This document shows positions 8,913-22,500 of a stretch of DNA of 27,533 nt, piece after piece. The notes beneath the pieces are model-generated. The model was not told the DNA's origin and searched no databases. It saw only the letters and a list, made by a program, of their open reading frames with translations. The DNA is taken from IMG/VR virus record IMGVR_UViG_3300012953_000171, positions 1 through 27,533 of that record, one strand, 5' to 3'. Numbering within the stretch: the stretch's first letter is position 1; the number at the start of each line of letters is the position of its first letter. A program made the position numbers and the translations under genes. The DNA is from a virus (lineage: Duplodnaviria > Caudoviricetes).

Positions 8913-10478
8913 TTAAAATTCCAAGATGATTTTAATGTCTTCCTTTTGTCTAGGATTTCTAGTAACTAATGGTCGATTATCTAAGTAAATTATTTCACCA
9001 GACTTTTTATTTATCTCAGGAGAAGCAAGACCATTTGTGAAGTTAACTCCCAAAGATATTACCTTGTTTCCTGATGGATTAGTACTTACTCCAGTAAAGT
9101 TTTGATCTACAGTAGCAGAAAATCCACTTGTAGATATTATACTTTCAGCTGAAGATTCAAATGCTAGAACTTTAGATCCAGTTGTAATTCCAACATAGTC
9201 TGTCTGATCAGCACTAGTTTGATTAAAGAATAGTGATCTATCTTGATAATACTTAATGACATCAGTGTCTGTATCATAAGAAACAATGTATCCCTCTGCT
9301 GTTCCACCAGTAACGGTTTGTCTAATTTTCTCTCCCATAACTGGAGTTCCAGTTGGAGAAACAATTTTTATTGCATTAACTGATGAAAAATCATTTGCAG
9401 TATATATTGATGTTGATCCAATAGATGTTGGATTTTTTATAATACTAATTTGTGAAAATTTAGTATCTGTTGGAAAATCTTTAGTAGAATCATCAAATCT
9501 TGCATAAACTAAAATTTTATCAGTTCCCAATTCTTTATATAAATCAAAACCATGACCTCTGGATGGTGGAATAATTGGTATTAGTTTAGCAAAATTACCC
9601 ACAGATACACCTGAATTACCAAGTGGACCTAAATCAACCATTCCATAAGTATATCCTTGACCACCTGAAGAAACGACTGTTTTTATTATTTTACCATTAC
9701 TGTCAGTGTCAATGACAACCTTTGCACCTGTTCCATCTCCAACAATATCAACTTCCTTACCAACAACATTTTGAGAATATCCAAAACCTTGTTTGTCAAT
9801 ATAAACTTTTTTGATTTGGTTGTTGTTTATAGTTGAGTCTCCATTCTCCCTTACAGATTGTATTTGAGTTTCCGATGAAGTTGGCCAGTCACTAGGAACT
9901 GAAATGTATTCAGTTGAATCAAATTTTATAATATCACTTGGAGGAACAGTAAAAAGATACTTCCAAACATAACCATCACCACTCTCTCCTGCTCTTGATG
10001 GTTCTAAATCAGTAAATAAAGGTTCATCCTGTGATGCATTTCCTGTTGAACTAATACCAGTAGAACCATTATCAATACAAACATACACATCAAAATTTTT
10101 ATTAATTACATAGTAATTTGCTGCATATAATCTTGTAGAGTTTGTTACTGGTGATGGATTAGTGACACTATAATCATGTCGATATATTTCATATCTTGTA
10201 CCTTGTGTCCAATCTCTTCTTGTTATTAATCTTCTTATATTCGCACTAGTAACCTTTTTACCAAATATTTGAGTATCTCCACTATGATCTACATAATTAA
10301 AATTATCTGTTGGACTTGGTGTGTTTGTATTCCAATCTGTCGTTCTACCAAAACCAACCGCAAGAGTTGGATTGGCAAGACCCAATGTAATATAATATGA
10401 ATTTGCAGAGTCATCCACTGTCTCTACAAAGTTGTTTGCATTTAGAATTCTAAATTGATCTGTTACAATTGCAGCCAT
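8913..10478 (-). CDS. gp8: Baseplate wedge subunit gp8-like (521 aa)
   Basis: MAAIVTDQFRILNA start, RRDWTQGTRYEIYRHDY, VYVCIDNG, DGYVWKYLF, and C-terminal SGEIIYLDNRP...QKEDIKIILEF; follows gp7. Confidence 0.88.
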   Translation of the reverse strand: MAAIVTDQFRILNANNFVETVDDSANSYYITLGLANPTLAVGFGRTTDWNTNTPSPTDNFNYVDHSGDTQIFGKKVTSANIRRLITRRDWTQGTRYEIYRHDYSVTNPSPVTNSTRLYAANYYVINKNFDVYVCIDNGSTGISSTGNASQDEPLFTDLEPSRAGESGDGYVWKYLFTVPPSDIIKFDSTEYISVPSDWPTSSETQIQSVRENGDSTINNNQIKKVYIDKQGFGYSQNVVGKEVDIVGDGTGAKVVIDTDSNGKIIKTVVSSGGQGYTYGMVDLGPLGNSGVSVGNFAKLIPIIPPSRGHGFDLYKELGTDKILVYARFDDSTKDFPTDTKFSQISIIKNPTSIGSTSIYTANDFSSVNAIKIVSPTGTPVMGEKIRQTVTGGTAEGYIVSYDTDTDVIKYYQDRSLFFNQTSADQTDYVGITTGSKVLAFESSAESIISTSGFSATVDQNFTGVSTNPSGNKVISLGVNFTNGLASPEINKKSGEIIYLDNRPLVTRNPRQKEDIKIILEF

Positions 10479-10496
10479 ATCATTAGCTTTTTTCTA

Positions 10497-10504
10497 TATT
10501 TATA
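10497..10504 (-). promoter_or_regulatory. T4-type late promoter TATAAATA
   Basis: Exact TATAAATA immediately after the gp7 stop, 18 nt upstream of the gp8 ATG. Confidence 0.8.
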
Positions 10505-13500
10505 CTACCCAAGATCCTTTCTTAATGAACCACTGTCCCTAAGACCGAAATCTCTTCTCTGAATAGATGGGTAAGTCGTTAATCCAGAGTCTATTGTTAA
10601 TCCAGTAACACCTATTGATATAGGATTCGCATCCCTTGTGAAACCTGTTAATCTTCCCCAAGAGAAACCACCGATTGTTGAACCAGAAGTCTCTATACCA
10701 GTGGTATTAACACCACTCATTATATTACATGTAATAATACCAACACCAGAATTATAGGCATTTATGAAGTAGATATTATCAACACATGTAGTTCCAGTTG
10801 CAACAACAGTGGAATTATCACTCACAACTGAGGTAACACCATGTCCAACTTGTGTTCCAAATATGTATATAGGATAACCAACTTTCAGATCTGTAAGAAC
10901 TGAATTTGGATTATTTGTTAAATCAGCACTTATATTAAATTTAAGTGCTGTTGGATGTCCAATTCCACCAGTTACACCTATACCTGTAATCGCACCATCA
11001 AATCCTTGTATGACAGTGATAGTATTAATATTGTCTTTAATTGGTCTTGGAAGTTGAGTAAGAACTTGAGGAACTGCTGATATCGTATAACCTAAACCAG
11101 GATTTGTAATTGTAGTGTTAGTTATAACACCATTAGTAATAGTTGCAGTTGCTGTAGCAGTTACTCCAATTCCAACCCCAATAACACTAGGTGCTGATAT
11201 TGATATAGATGTAGTAGAACCTACATACCCACTTCCAGAATTTGTTATGTTAAGTGCTTGAATTGTTCCACCAATTGAAACAGTTGCAGTAAATGCAGCA
11301 GATACAGGATTTGTGGAACCAACTATTAATCCACCAACCACAATATTAGTTAAAGCAGAGTAATCTTCTTCATAATTAAAGAATTTTGCATTATCAAGGA
11401 ATAATTCATCACTAGTTGTTGTTATATCATCAATAATTTTAGCAGTTGGATAAACCTGAGATTCAATTGAATCTCTAACCTTAGATACTACTTCACCACT
11501 TATCTTCTTATCAATCTTTTGTTTAGTCCAATTGAATGGTTTATAAACAGATTCATTAATACCTAATCCAGTATAAATGTTAGTTTCAACTTCATCAGAT
11601 CCTAATATTGAGAATATTGTTCTTGGATCTTGACCAGTTGATATACCAATTTTATTTAATTGAACAACATCACCTGTTTTTATAGTAGGTGTTATTGATG
11701 CTCCTGCAGAAACTTGAACAGAATCAATACCATTTGTACCTTTATAGAAGAATATATCAATAATATCATTAGCATCAGGTGCTTGTACAAAATCAAAGGA
11801 TGAACCACCATCAAATGTATAAGATTCACCTGGTTCCTGCACTACCCCATTTACAAATATAAGCAATAAAGCATCAAGATCTATGAGTGATGAATCTGGA
11901 TTATCTGGATCTATTTCAAAACTTAAGAGACTTGCATTATAGAATAACGGGAATCTCTTTCTTACACCATTCTGCAAATCTCTTACAGAATCAATAAAAT
12001 CAAACTGTCCAAAGTTCCAAGATGAATATTGATCTTTAAACACTTCAGTAACTGTTAATTCAAAATCATTAATTAATTGTGATGTGTTTAAGAACCTATC
12101 AGTAACTAATCCAACAGGTTTAAATACATCACCCAACTTAAAGTTGTAACCATTATTATTCAGTTTAAAGTTAACTACCTCATAAGAAGTAGATCCTATA
12201 CCAACCGTGGTATCAGCAGCTCCTACTTGAATATCTACAGTTACACCAGTTCCAGTATCAGTTGTTGATCCTATACCTCTTCTAGAAACTCCAATAATTG
12301 GTAAATTTTCATAGGATGGTGAAGAAATTTGTATTTGTGGTTGTGTGTAACCAGTACCTGCATTATTAATGTTAAATTTGAGTGCACCACCTGTTCCTGT
12401 ATTTGTAATACCAACATTTACGGTGAATGTATTAGTAGTTTTCGCAGTGATTGCTAAAGTTGCATTATGCGCTGGATCACCACCTGCTGAACTTGGAGTA
12501 GGACCAGAACGAGGATATGAGTGATCAGTTGAGAAATTATCTTGTGCACATCTGAATACAAATGAATTTGTTGCAAGACCAACAGTATCACTTGTAGTTA
12601 AACCGTGAGATGCTTTAGTAATTACTAAATTACCTGTTGCTGGATCGTAAGTAGCACTTGTAGGAGTAAGAGGAGAACCTCCAGTTACTGTAACAGCATT
12701 AGTTGATGCACTTACAAATACATGTGTATTAGAAACAACTTCTGCTGTAATATCCGCACTTGCTCCATTTCCAGATAAATCTGTAACTGCAACAGAAACA
12801 GGGTTGCGATATCCAGATCCAAATGTCAAATCTGCCAAATACTCAAATGCAGTTCCTGATCCAACGTAAGCATGTGCTTGACCACTTACACCAATATCAG
12901 TCGTAAAGGTAGTTGTGGATAATATTCCAGTTACACTAAAAGATCTATCGGACGGAATTGTTAATGATGGATTAAATACCATACCATCCAATCTGACAAA
13001 CTCATTAATATTTCTAAATCCATGATTACCTGAAGTAGTAATCTCAAGTTGACCTGTTAAGTGATTAAATGATGATGTGCTTATTCCAAATGCACCTCCA
13101 GTAGTTGCAATACCAACAATTCCAACTATTGCTCCACTTCCATTTGTTGTTGCTTTTACTTTTGATGGTGCTAAGTTTGCAACACCCAATCCACCAGTTG
13201 AACCTAATGATACAATTACACCACCTCTTGGTAGTTGATTTTGGTTTACATCTGTGTCACTAACAATTTTTTGACCATTTGATGATGTTATTCCAGTAAA
13301 TATAACACTACTTGCTCCACCAGACTCTGCAAATTCATAGTTATTTCCTAAGTTATTAAAAGTGGTCGGTGTTTGGAATATTCCATTTAAAAGTAATATG
13401 CTACTTCCTGTTGTAATACCTGATGTTGTTCCACCACCAACTTTTAGTAAATGTGTAGCACCTATACCAGTAAATCCACCAGAAATGTCATCAAATATTT

Positions 13501-16500
13501 TGTTTGCACTATAATCCTTTCTTAAGAATACTCTTCCATTAAAGGTTGATCTAACAGGATCTAAATTTGATTGTGTCTTTTGTGTAGCATTCGCATCTCC
13601 TTTTGGTGGATCAGTTAAGTGAATTGTACTATCAACAATATTATAACCACCAGAGAACAATCTAGTTGTTGCACCAGAACTATGGTTTGTAGCCGCAGAT
13701 CCTATTGCACCTCTCTCTACTGCTAAAACATTTACAGATCCAGTTTCAGTTATCGGACCAACTGATGTAGTTCCTAAACCAACATTGGTTATCTTCATAA
13801 ATTCATCATTTATTTTGATGATATCATTTGATTGTATTGAAGAAATTCCAGTTACACTGAATAATGTTTGTGTATTTGTAATATTATATTCAAGATCAGT
13901 GGTTATTGGTGTAAATGCTATAGGAGACTGTATCACACCATCAATTGATATTAATGCCTTCTCATTTTTCTTAAACATCTCAAATTCATGAGCATTACCA
14001 GATCCTGTTCCAGTAAATGTAACCGCAACACCTGCTACAGCATCGGGACGAGATTTTGATATTTTAAAAGTATCTTTAGTTAATCTAATAGCATATGCTT
14101 CAGAACCCAAAGTACCACCAGCAGTTGCAATTCCAGTTAATGATACACCTTCAAATGTTGAACCAGGTGTATATACTAATCTTTCACCAGTTTCAAAGAA
14201 ATGATCTTTTATTGTAAATATACCTGTTGATGCATCTAAACTTGAAGTATCTGTTGGATTGAATTGTTTCTGGAATATAGGTGTTGAATCACTTTGAAGA
14301 ACAAAACTTGTTCTATTAGATCTTGAACCATTTAATGCATCATATTGTGCTATTAATAAAGATTCTGAAACCGTTCCGTATTGTAAGTTAGGTGGTGTAT
14401 TTAATAAATCAAGTTCAGTATAAATTGCTTCTGTAAATACCTGTACTTGAACATTATTAGTCCCACCAGTATAAAGAGGATCTGGATGGAAGTTAAGATT
14501 TAAATCATTACCAACTAATGTTGAAGAAAATGTTCCTATACCTGATGTACTACCTATTGATAAGAATGGATATTGAACAGAGTGTGAATCAGTAGAATCA
14601 TGTGCAACTAAAACTTGATGAAGAGCACTTGTAGATCCACTTGAAACTCTTACAAATCCCTTAAGTGTGGAAATTTTATTCTCTAAAAATGTTGCAATTG
14701 TAGATGCTGTTGATACATTTGAAAAGTTTGATTCAAATCTAACAGTTTTTTCAGTACCATCTAATTGACCTAAGTTTTTAAATCTATAAGTTCCAATACC
14801 TGATGATGTTGTACCAATACCAATTATTCTTGATCTAACTAAAACTTCATTTGGTTGATCATTTTCAAATTTTAAAGATAGAATATTTGAATTAATTTCT
14901 GAGGTAAATGTTCCTATAAAATTAGATATTGCAGCACTCTCAGTATCTGAATAAAATTCTGCAATGTATGAAGATGATCCATCATGTGTTAGATATAAAT
15001 CAACAAAATTAGTTTCATCTGTATTAAGATCATTCACTTCAATAGATGCAAAAAATGCATCTGTATTATTAATATTAGTTGATATTATTGTAGAAGTAGT
15101 TGCTGTTGCTACTGTGGTGTTTATACCAGATAAGTTTATGAAACCTATTGATTGAGTTCCAATACCTGTTAAATTTGTATTAAATGAAGTTTGAAGTATC
15201 TTAATATCATAATCATTATTTTCTGGATCATCTGGAGTAAATTTTAAAGATACATTCTTCGATGTATCCATTTGTCCAAGTATTGTTCCTAATTCTGATG
15301 GAGTTGTATGAACTTTTGATCTCTCAGCAGTGTACATATTTAAATCATCTTTAAATATGATAATATCTGATATTTGAGTATTTCCTGTATTTGGATCTTT
15401 GATCTGTACTAAGAATGTTGCATATCTTGCATTGATTGATAAATCTAAAAACTTAGTTAAAGTTGTAGCATTACTCTTAAATAATGAACTTATATCATCT
15501 ATTTCTAAAACACGATTTGTTTTACATTCAATATAAGGAGATAATTTTGTATTTTTTAATTTAAGAAACTTAGATTTTCCAGCATCTGTATCAATATCTA
15601 AAGCAAAATCAAAATTATTAATAGTATCAATTCTCTTTTGCTCAATAAAATCTAAAGCAAGAGTATCTGCAAAACTTGAAGTTGTAATACCTACATTGGT
15701 AATTGATGTTATTCCTACGTCTGCAAAATTTTTAAGTCCACTGGTATGAAGTAATCTATTTACAGAACTGACTAAAGTATCATAAGTTACTGAACTTTTT
15801 ACACTGTAAGATAAATTTTGATAATAATCATTATCTGGAACTCTTTGATAATCTTGACTTAATTTACCAATATCATTATTCCAACCTTGTTCCTGTCTTA
15901 ATGAATAACTTATATCAAATCTTCCAGAATTTTTTGATATATTATTAATTGTTGCTATAGTACCAGATACAAATCCTTTTATGAGTTGACCTCTAACCAA
16001 ATTAAAGGCACCAGGTGTTAGTTCTTCAATTTTTATAAACTCATTGGTGGATATAGAAACTTTTACATCTACAGGAATATATGAAGTTCCTACAAAAGCT
16101 AATAATTTTTCACCAACACTAAACTTAGAATTTGTTTGAGTAACTTTAAATTGTGGATAATCATCTTTGCTTATTATAGTTCCATAAGAATTTTGAACAG
16201 TTTTTGCAATACCTGGATCTGAAGTAATATTAGATAAATTAAAACTAACTGTTGCAGGATTGGTATTATTTACAGCTGTTACTTTGAAGAACTTATATCC
16301 ATTATCATCTGAGTTAAATCCTGTCCCAGTATCTCCATGTTTTTGAAGACCCTCTACAAATATCTCTTCATCTACTACAAATGGTGGAGTAGAGAAACCT
16401 AATACGGGAGTTACTAATGTGCATGTACATAATCCAGCAGAAGCACCTGTTGCAGTGTATACTAATCTATTAATCGTAGATCCATTATCGTTATTTACCG

Positions 16501-19500
16501 CAAATATTTCATGTGTTATTGATTGCAACCCTTTAGGTGGTACAACAATATCTACACTATTTAAAGAATTACTTGAAATTAAAGCATTTAGTGTAGCAGA
16601 ACCAACTTCTTCTCTGGTAATTGGATTAATAATTTTTAAATTAGGTGGTGAAGTATAATTTCTACCACCTTCAATTACTTCAATATTTGATATAGTATCA
16701 GCATTTATTATTGAAATAACAGGAGAAATAAATGCTTCAGGTTTAAGAGTTGGGTCTGATGAATATTCAAAACCTGGATTTAAAATCCTAATATCATCTA
16801 CTCTGTTTATATTTGTTGAATCTGGTAATAATGTGGCATTTGTTCCTTGTGTAGATCCAACACTTACAAAAGATGGTAAACTATCATATCCTAATCCACC
16901 AAAATCAATACTTATTTTATCAATAGGACCTTTTGCTCTTGGTGATTTTGTAGAATACTTTAATACACTAGTTTCTGCTGATGTATATGATAGTTTTTCT
17001 GGGACTTTTGGTACTGATATATTAAAAGATGTATATGATGCACCTACAAGGGGTGGGACATTGAATACTGAATATTCCCCATCATAATCACTATTTAAAT
17101 AATGAATTTTATTATAGTTAACAACATCAGTATCAGAAGTGCTAATAAAACCAGATTTCTTAATATTATAGTATAAATTTAAAGAATTATTAGGTGAATA
17201 ATTAAGTGTAACTGTCGCAGTAGATGTAACACCAACTGTTCCTACACCTATGACTTGAAGATTAGTTGTATTTCCGACTGATACAAATTGATTTTTATAA
17301 TCTTTATCGTGGTAAATATTAAGTTCATATCCCAATAAAGATGTATGTCCTACTCCAAATACTAAATTATTATCTTTTAAAACAGGTATTGGAGGATTAA
17401 TTAAAGAAAATTCATGCTTACTTCCTGTGGCACCACCAGTTGAAGTTAATTCAATAATATTAGCTGGATTACTATTAACATCATCATAAGTTTCACCTAA
17501 TTTAAAATTATTATCATCAACTTTAAAGACGTAATATGATTCCTGATTTGATAAACCTTCTGTTATAGAAGTTGAAATATATTGAACTTTATCACCAGTA
17601 TTTAAATTATGAGCAGTAGAGTTGAAATTATTAGATGCAGTTGTAACTCCACTAGATGCAACAGTAAATGGATTAACTAATAAATTATGAGTATCTGGAT
17701 CAAATCTAAGATCTATTTTAGTTGATGTTCCTATTCCAACTGATTGATTAGGATTAATAGATAAATTTATAACATCAGTATCACGTAAACCATGTGCAGT
17801 TGATACTGAAACCACAGCATCAATTTTCTGTAAAGTTCCAGTTACTTGATCAAAATTACTCTCAAATAGATATTCAAAACTACCATTTCCAACAGTTGTA
17901 TCACCAACAAATGCCAATCCATCAGAACTAGTTGTTAATCCAACCTGAGTTACAATACCAATATAATCTTTAGATTTTTTGATAACATATACATCCTGAC
18001 TATTTCCTGTTTCTGGTATACTAAATGTTGTTACTCCATCATCTTTAGAAACTGTTAGTGCATATCCTACTTGACCTTTAAATTTACCTGGTTTTGTTAA
18101 TGTTACTCTTTGATTTGTTTTAAATGGATGATTTGGTAGTCTTATACTACGAGTTGGAGTTGAAACGATACTTACTAAATCACCTAATGTTGATGTTGCA
18201 GTTGATCCCAGACCAACAGCTGTACCCACACCAATAGATTCATGTGGATTGAAATATACTTGATCATTTAATTTTGAATCAAATACTTGAGTTTGAAGTG
18301 GAATATTAAAGAAATTTGGTATAAGAGAAAGTGGTGTTGATACGGAATGTATACCACTTGATAAACCTCTTTGAACTCTTAACACATTATTTTGAGTAAA
18401 TGTGTTTAAAACAAGTAATTTTTCTGTACCTATACCAATACTACTACCAATAGAAATATTTTCTGGTATATTTGCAACATAGATGTCAGTTACAATACCA
18501 GTTGTTGCTGAATTTGGAACTTCTTGATATAAAACTGTTTGAGATGTATCAATACCAATTTTATGTGCTCCAGATAATCCTTTAATTGCTGTTGTACTTA
18601 AACCAGATATAACAACATTATCATGTTCATTTAAACTGGGAGCAGTTGAAATATATGCTGCTATATGAGATGGATCTCTCCAAATAAAAGTTGCATTGTA
18701 AGTATCAACAGTAGTATTGATTGATTCGATATTTTTGCCAGATATACTTCTAACAGATACACTTAGACCACCACCATTTGTGCTTGTATTATCAAATACT
18801 GCAGAATCACCAACTTCATAATTATCTCCAGCATTAATAATTTGGATAGAATCTATAGATCCAGCTGTAGTAGATTCTACAATAGTTGATTGTTGTGCTA
18901 TTTCGTTAGATTCAACAATAAAATCATTATCTGCAAATGCATCAGAAACTTTATATGGATAACTGTTACGTATTAAATTAGAATTACTAAAATCAAATGT
19001 TGTTTGATTTATATTAAAGTTTTCATTTGATGGATCTGCTCTGTAAGTATGTCCAATAAAATATGGAAAAACTGGTAATTGTGAGTTAGAATTAATACCT
19101 ACAAAATATGCATAGGTTCCATTAGGAAATTCTGGGGTTCTTCCATATCTACCATTGTGCTGATCTAAATCTCCTGCATTGGTAAATCTATAATCTTCAA
19201 CAAAAAATCCATTACTAAATTGGTTTGGTCTATTAATAACACTATTTGGATCTAAAATGTATCCAGAAGTTAATATTTTAACAACCGAATTATCATCCGT
19301 TGAATCACTATATCCATATGGTCCATATATTGGATTTCCATCATATGCCCATCCAATTATTGGTGAATGACCTGAACCATCATCACCGAAAGTATTTTCT
19401 CCAATTTGAGTGGAATAACCAACCATAGAATATTGAAGTTTATTATTTGTTTCAAGTAATGCTTCACTTCCATATCTTTCAAATTTGTTTACAGTTAATG

Positions 19501-22500
19501 ATCTAACACTTACATCAATTTTTGCTCCACTTCCTGGTGGAACAACTTTAATTTCTGTTTTATTTTGTTGGTATTGTAAACCACCCTCTAAAATAATTAC
19601 CTCTTCAACTCTACCACCTCTTACAACAGCTCTTAACTTTGCACCAAGTCCAGTTCCTATTCCTACTACCTCTAAATCGGGTGCAGAGGAGTATTCTCTA
19701 CCTTTTGTTTGTATTTCAACGTAAGTGATTTTACCGTCTGTTATAATCGGTTTTAACTCAGCATCTTTACCAGTTTTAATTTTTACATCTATAGATTTTT
19801 CAAGATTTAATATATCAGAACCATAACCAGATCCCCTGTCATATAATAATATGTCAGAAATAGGTCCTCTAACAACAGGAGTTGCAGTAATTATTCCTAC
19901 ACCTGTATGTGATAATTCATATTTTAAATTTAAGATAATATCTGGATATTTAAATACTTGGAAACCTGTTCCTTGATTTGAAAACTTAATATAATCCTTT
20001 CTTTCAAATTCTGTTGTTATAGTTCCACCAAGACCAGCATTTGTAAGTCTAAATGCATCATCATTTATTTTTAATACTTTATAAAAATTAGTGGTAGTAG
20101 TGATACCAGTTGCTGTAGATAAACCAGAAATTGTAGTTGGTAATGTCGATCCTATACCAACCGCAGTTGCATAAACAATCTTATCACCATTATTAAATCC
20201 ATGATTATCAAAATGAATAGTATTAGTTACTGTATTAATTTCTGTTGGTTTTACGAATACTTGTCTATTTTTATATCCACTTCCACCATCTATTACTCGT
20301 ATGTCATGTAAAGTTTTTTCATCATTATATAATTTAAATTTATGTACACCTATTTTATTAGTTGTTGTAAATCCAACCGTGTTTATACCTGCATTTAACT
20401 CACCAAGAGTTTGATATAATTTTATCGTACTGGTATTTACAACTTCTGGATAGTAAGTAGCAGTGTTTACGAGAGTTGTAGTACCTACACCAACAATAGA
20501 TGATCCTGTATCTGATCCAGTAAACGAACCTATACCTAAAGGAGGATTATCATTTCGATCATATACAAGTGGTTGTCCGTTTATTATATTATGTCTATCT
20601 TGGAAGGTTATAGTTTCATCTACATTATCTACACCCCCAGAGTCTGACATTAATCTAGCATCAAAACTTATTTCTCTTTTTCTATCAAATAAAACTGGTT
20701 CTAATATAGCGCCATCACCATTACCACCTTCAATAGTTGCAGTTATTACTCTATTAATACCAAAATTTTGTGGATCAACTTGAACATCATTTATACTACC
20801 AGAAAGCACAGGTCTAATTAAAGCAGTTGTATTTCCAACACCTGGACCTGATAATGTTACTTCTGGTGGATTTATTACGTCATAATTACTTCCACCATTT
20901 AATAATGTAATTCTATCTAATGGTCCAAAGTAAATCTTATCTTCTGATTTATAATTTGTTACCTCAACACCATTAACTAATAATCCTGTTGATCCTGATA
21001 TTGTTTTAACAGATGTTGCATTTGTTAGATTTGGATTAAGAGGAAACTTTTTAAGTAATTTTTGTGATGCTATCTCTTGTTCAAGTATTCCAACTAAAGA
21101 AAAAGTATGTGTACCAGATCCTGGTTGTAATGCTTCAAATTCAACAAAATCAGATATTGGAATAAATGATCTAGAAAGATATAATCTTATTTGGTTTGTA
21201 TTTGATAAAACTTCAACAAAATATGAACCTTCTGGTAAATTTGGTAAAACTGTACCTTGTGCAGTATAAAAAACTTCATCACCAGTTATAAATGGGACTG
21301 GATTTGGAAAAGATATAATATTATATTTTAAAGTATTGGGATTATAACCAGAATTTGGCAATTCATTTCCAGCAACAGCTTCTGGTATTATTGATTTTGG
21401 TAATTCTGTGGTTATTTGATATGATGGTAGTGAATTAGATGCAACATAGAAGTCTTCATCCATATCATTATAAACATTAGTTATATCTGATGTTAAAATA
21501 TTTTGACCAAAATCAACATCTGTTTTTGTGCTTGAAACACGATTAATAATTCTTCTTAAATCATATTCACGATTTGGGTCTGGTAATGTTGTAATATTTG
21601 ATAGTAAAGTTAAATTGTTTATTGAAATGGTTGAGGTATCTACATCAATATTACCAACTATACCAGTAGCAACTACTTCTTCTTCATTTCTAAATAATAC
21701 TTCAATATTATCATCAATCTTTAAACTTGATTTATCAATATCTCTTGTAAATAAAACAATATTTGCACCAGATATACTTTCTATTGTAAATCTTGAAGAT
21801 GTATTATAAATCCATGAATTTGCAAAAATTTCTTTTTTTGTTTTATCTTCTAATGGGTTAAGTATTTTTTCACCAACATTTCTGACTGTTATATTTTCAC
21901 CTTGTGTTAGTAATCGAATATCTGATGTTGGAACAAATTTAGATAGTACTCCAGTTAATCTTAACTCAACTTTTTTAGTTAAATCACCATTTTCATATCC
22001 ATAATAAAATTCTTGTGATCTAATATCGTTAGTTGAAGTTATAACACCTACAATATTCTGACATCCAAAAAATTGATTGACTGATTTGTTACTATAGTAG
22101 ATATTTGTGCTAATTCCAGAAACTAATGTACCAGTTGCACCAAATCCAACAGTAGAATCAACTGTTATAACAGATGAACCTACAGAAACATTACCAATTA
22201 CCTTTGTTTTAGGACTTACATTAAATGTACCTTCAATTAAATCAATATAATTAAATCCAACAAATAAACCAATTTTATAATATACCTTTCCTTTCCTTGT
22301 TAGTGGTTCAACTTCTGATATTGATGCTTTTGTTGCACTATCAGTTGATTTTATAATTGTTTGACCAACCAAATGAATTGGATTACCAGAAAGTGCTTCA
22401 GCAAGAACTATTTCTCTTCTTATAAATTCTGCTGTTGATGGTTTTATTAAATATTGCTCTAGATCTAAAATTTTAGGAGTTTCATTATATAAAACATTGA

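Noticed and set aside
3635-9364. Alternative-frame minus-strand ORFs 3635-3859 and 9164-9364 (also 26594-26788)
   Set aside because: Nested in well-supported genes, Leu-rich off-frame composition, no independent signals.
365-21809. Numerous short plus-strand ORFs in the track (e.g. 365-649, 6802-7080, 13785-13991, 20463-20783, 21528-21809)
   Set aside because: All are antisense to long minus-strand genes; typical shadow ORFs arising from codon bias, with no recognisable motifs.
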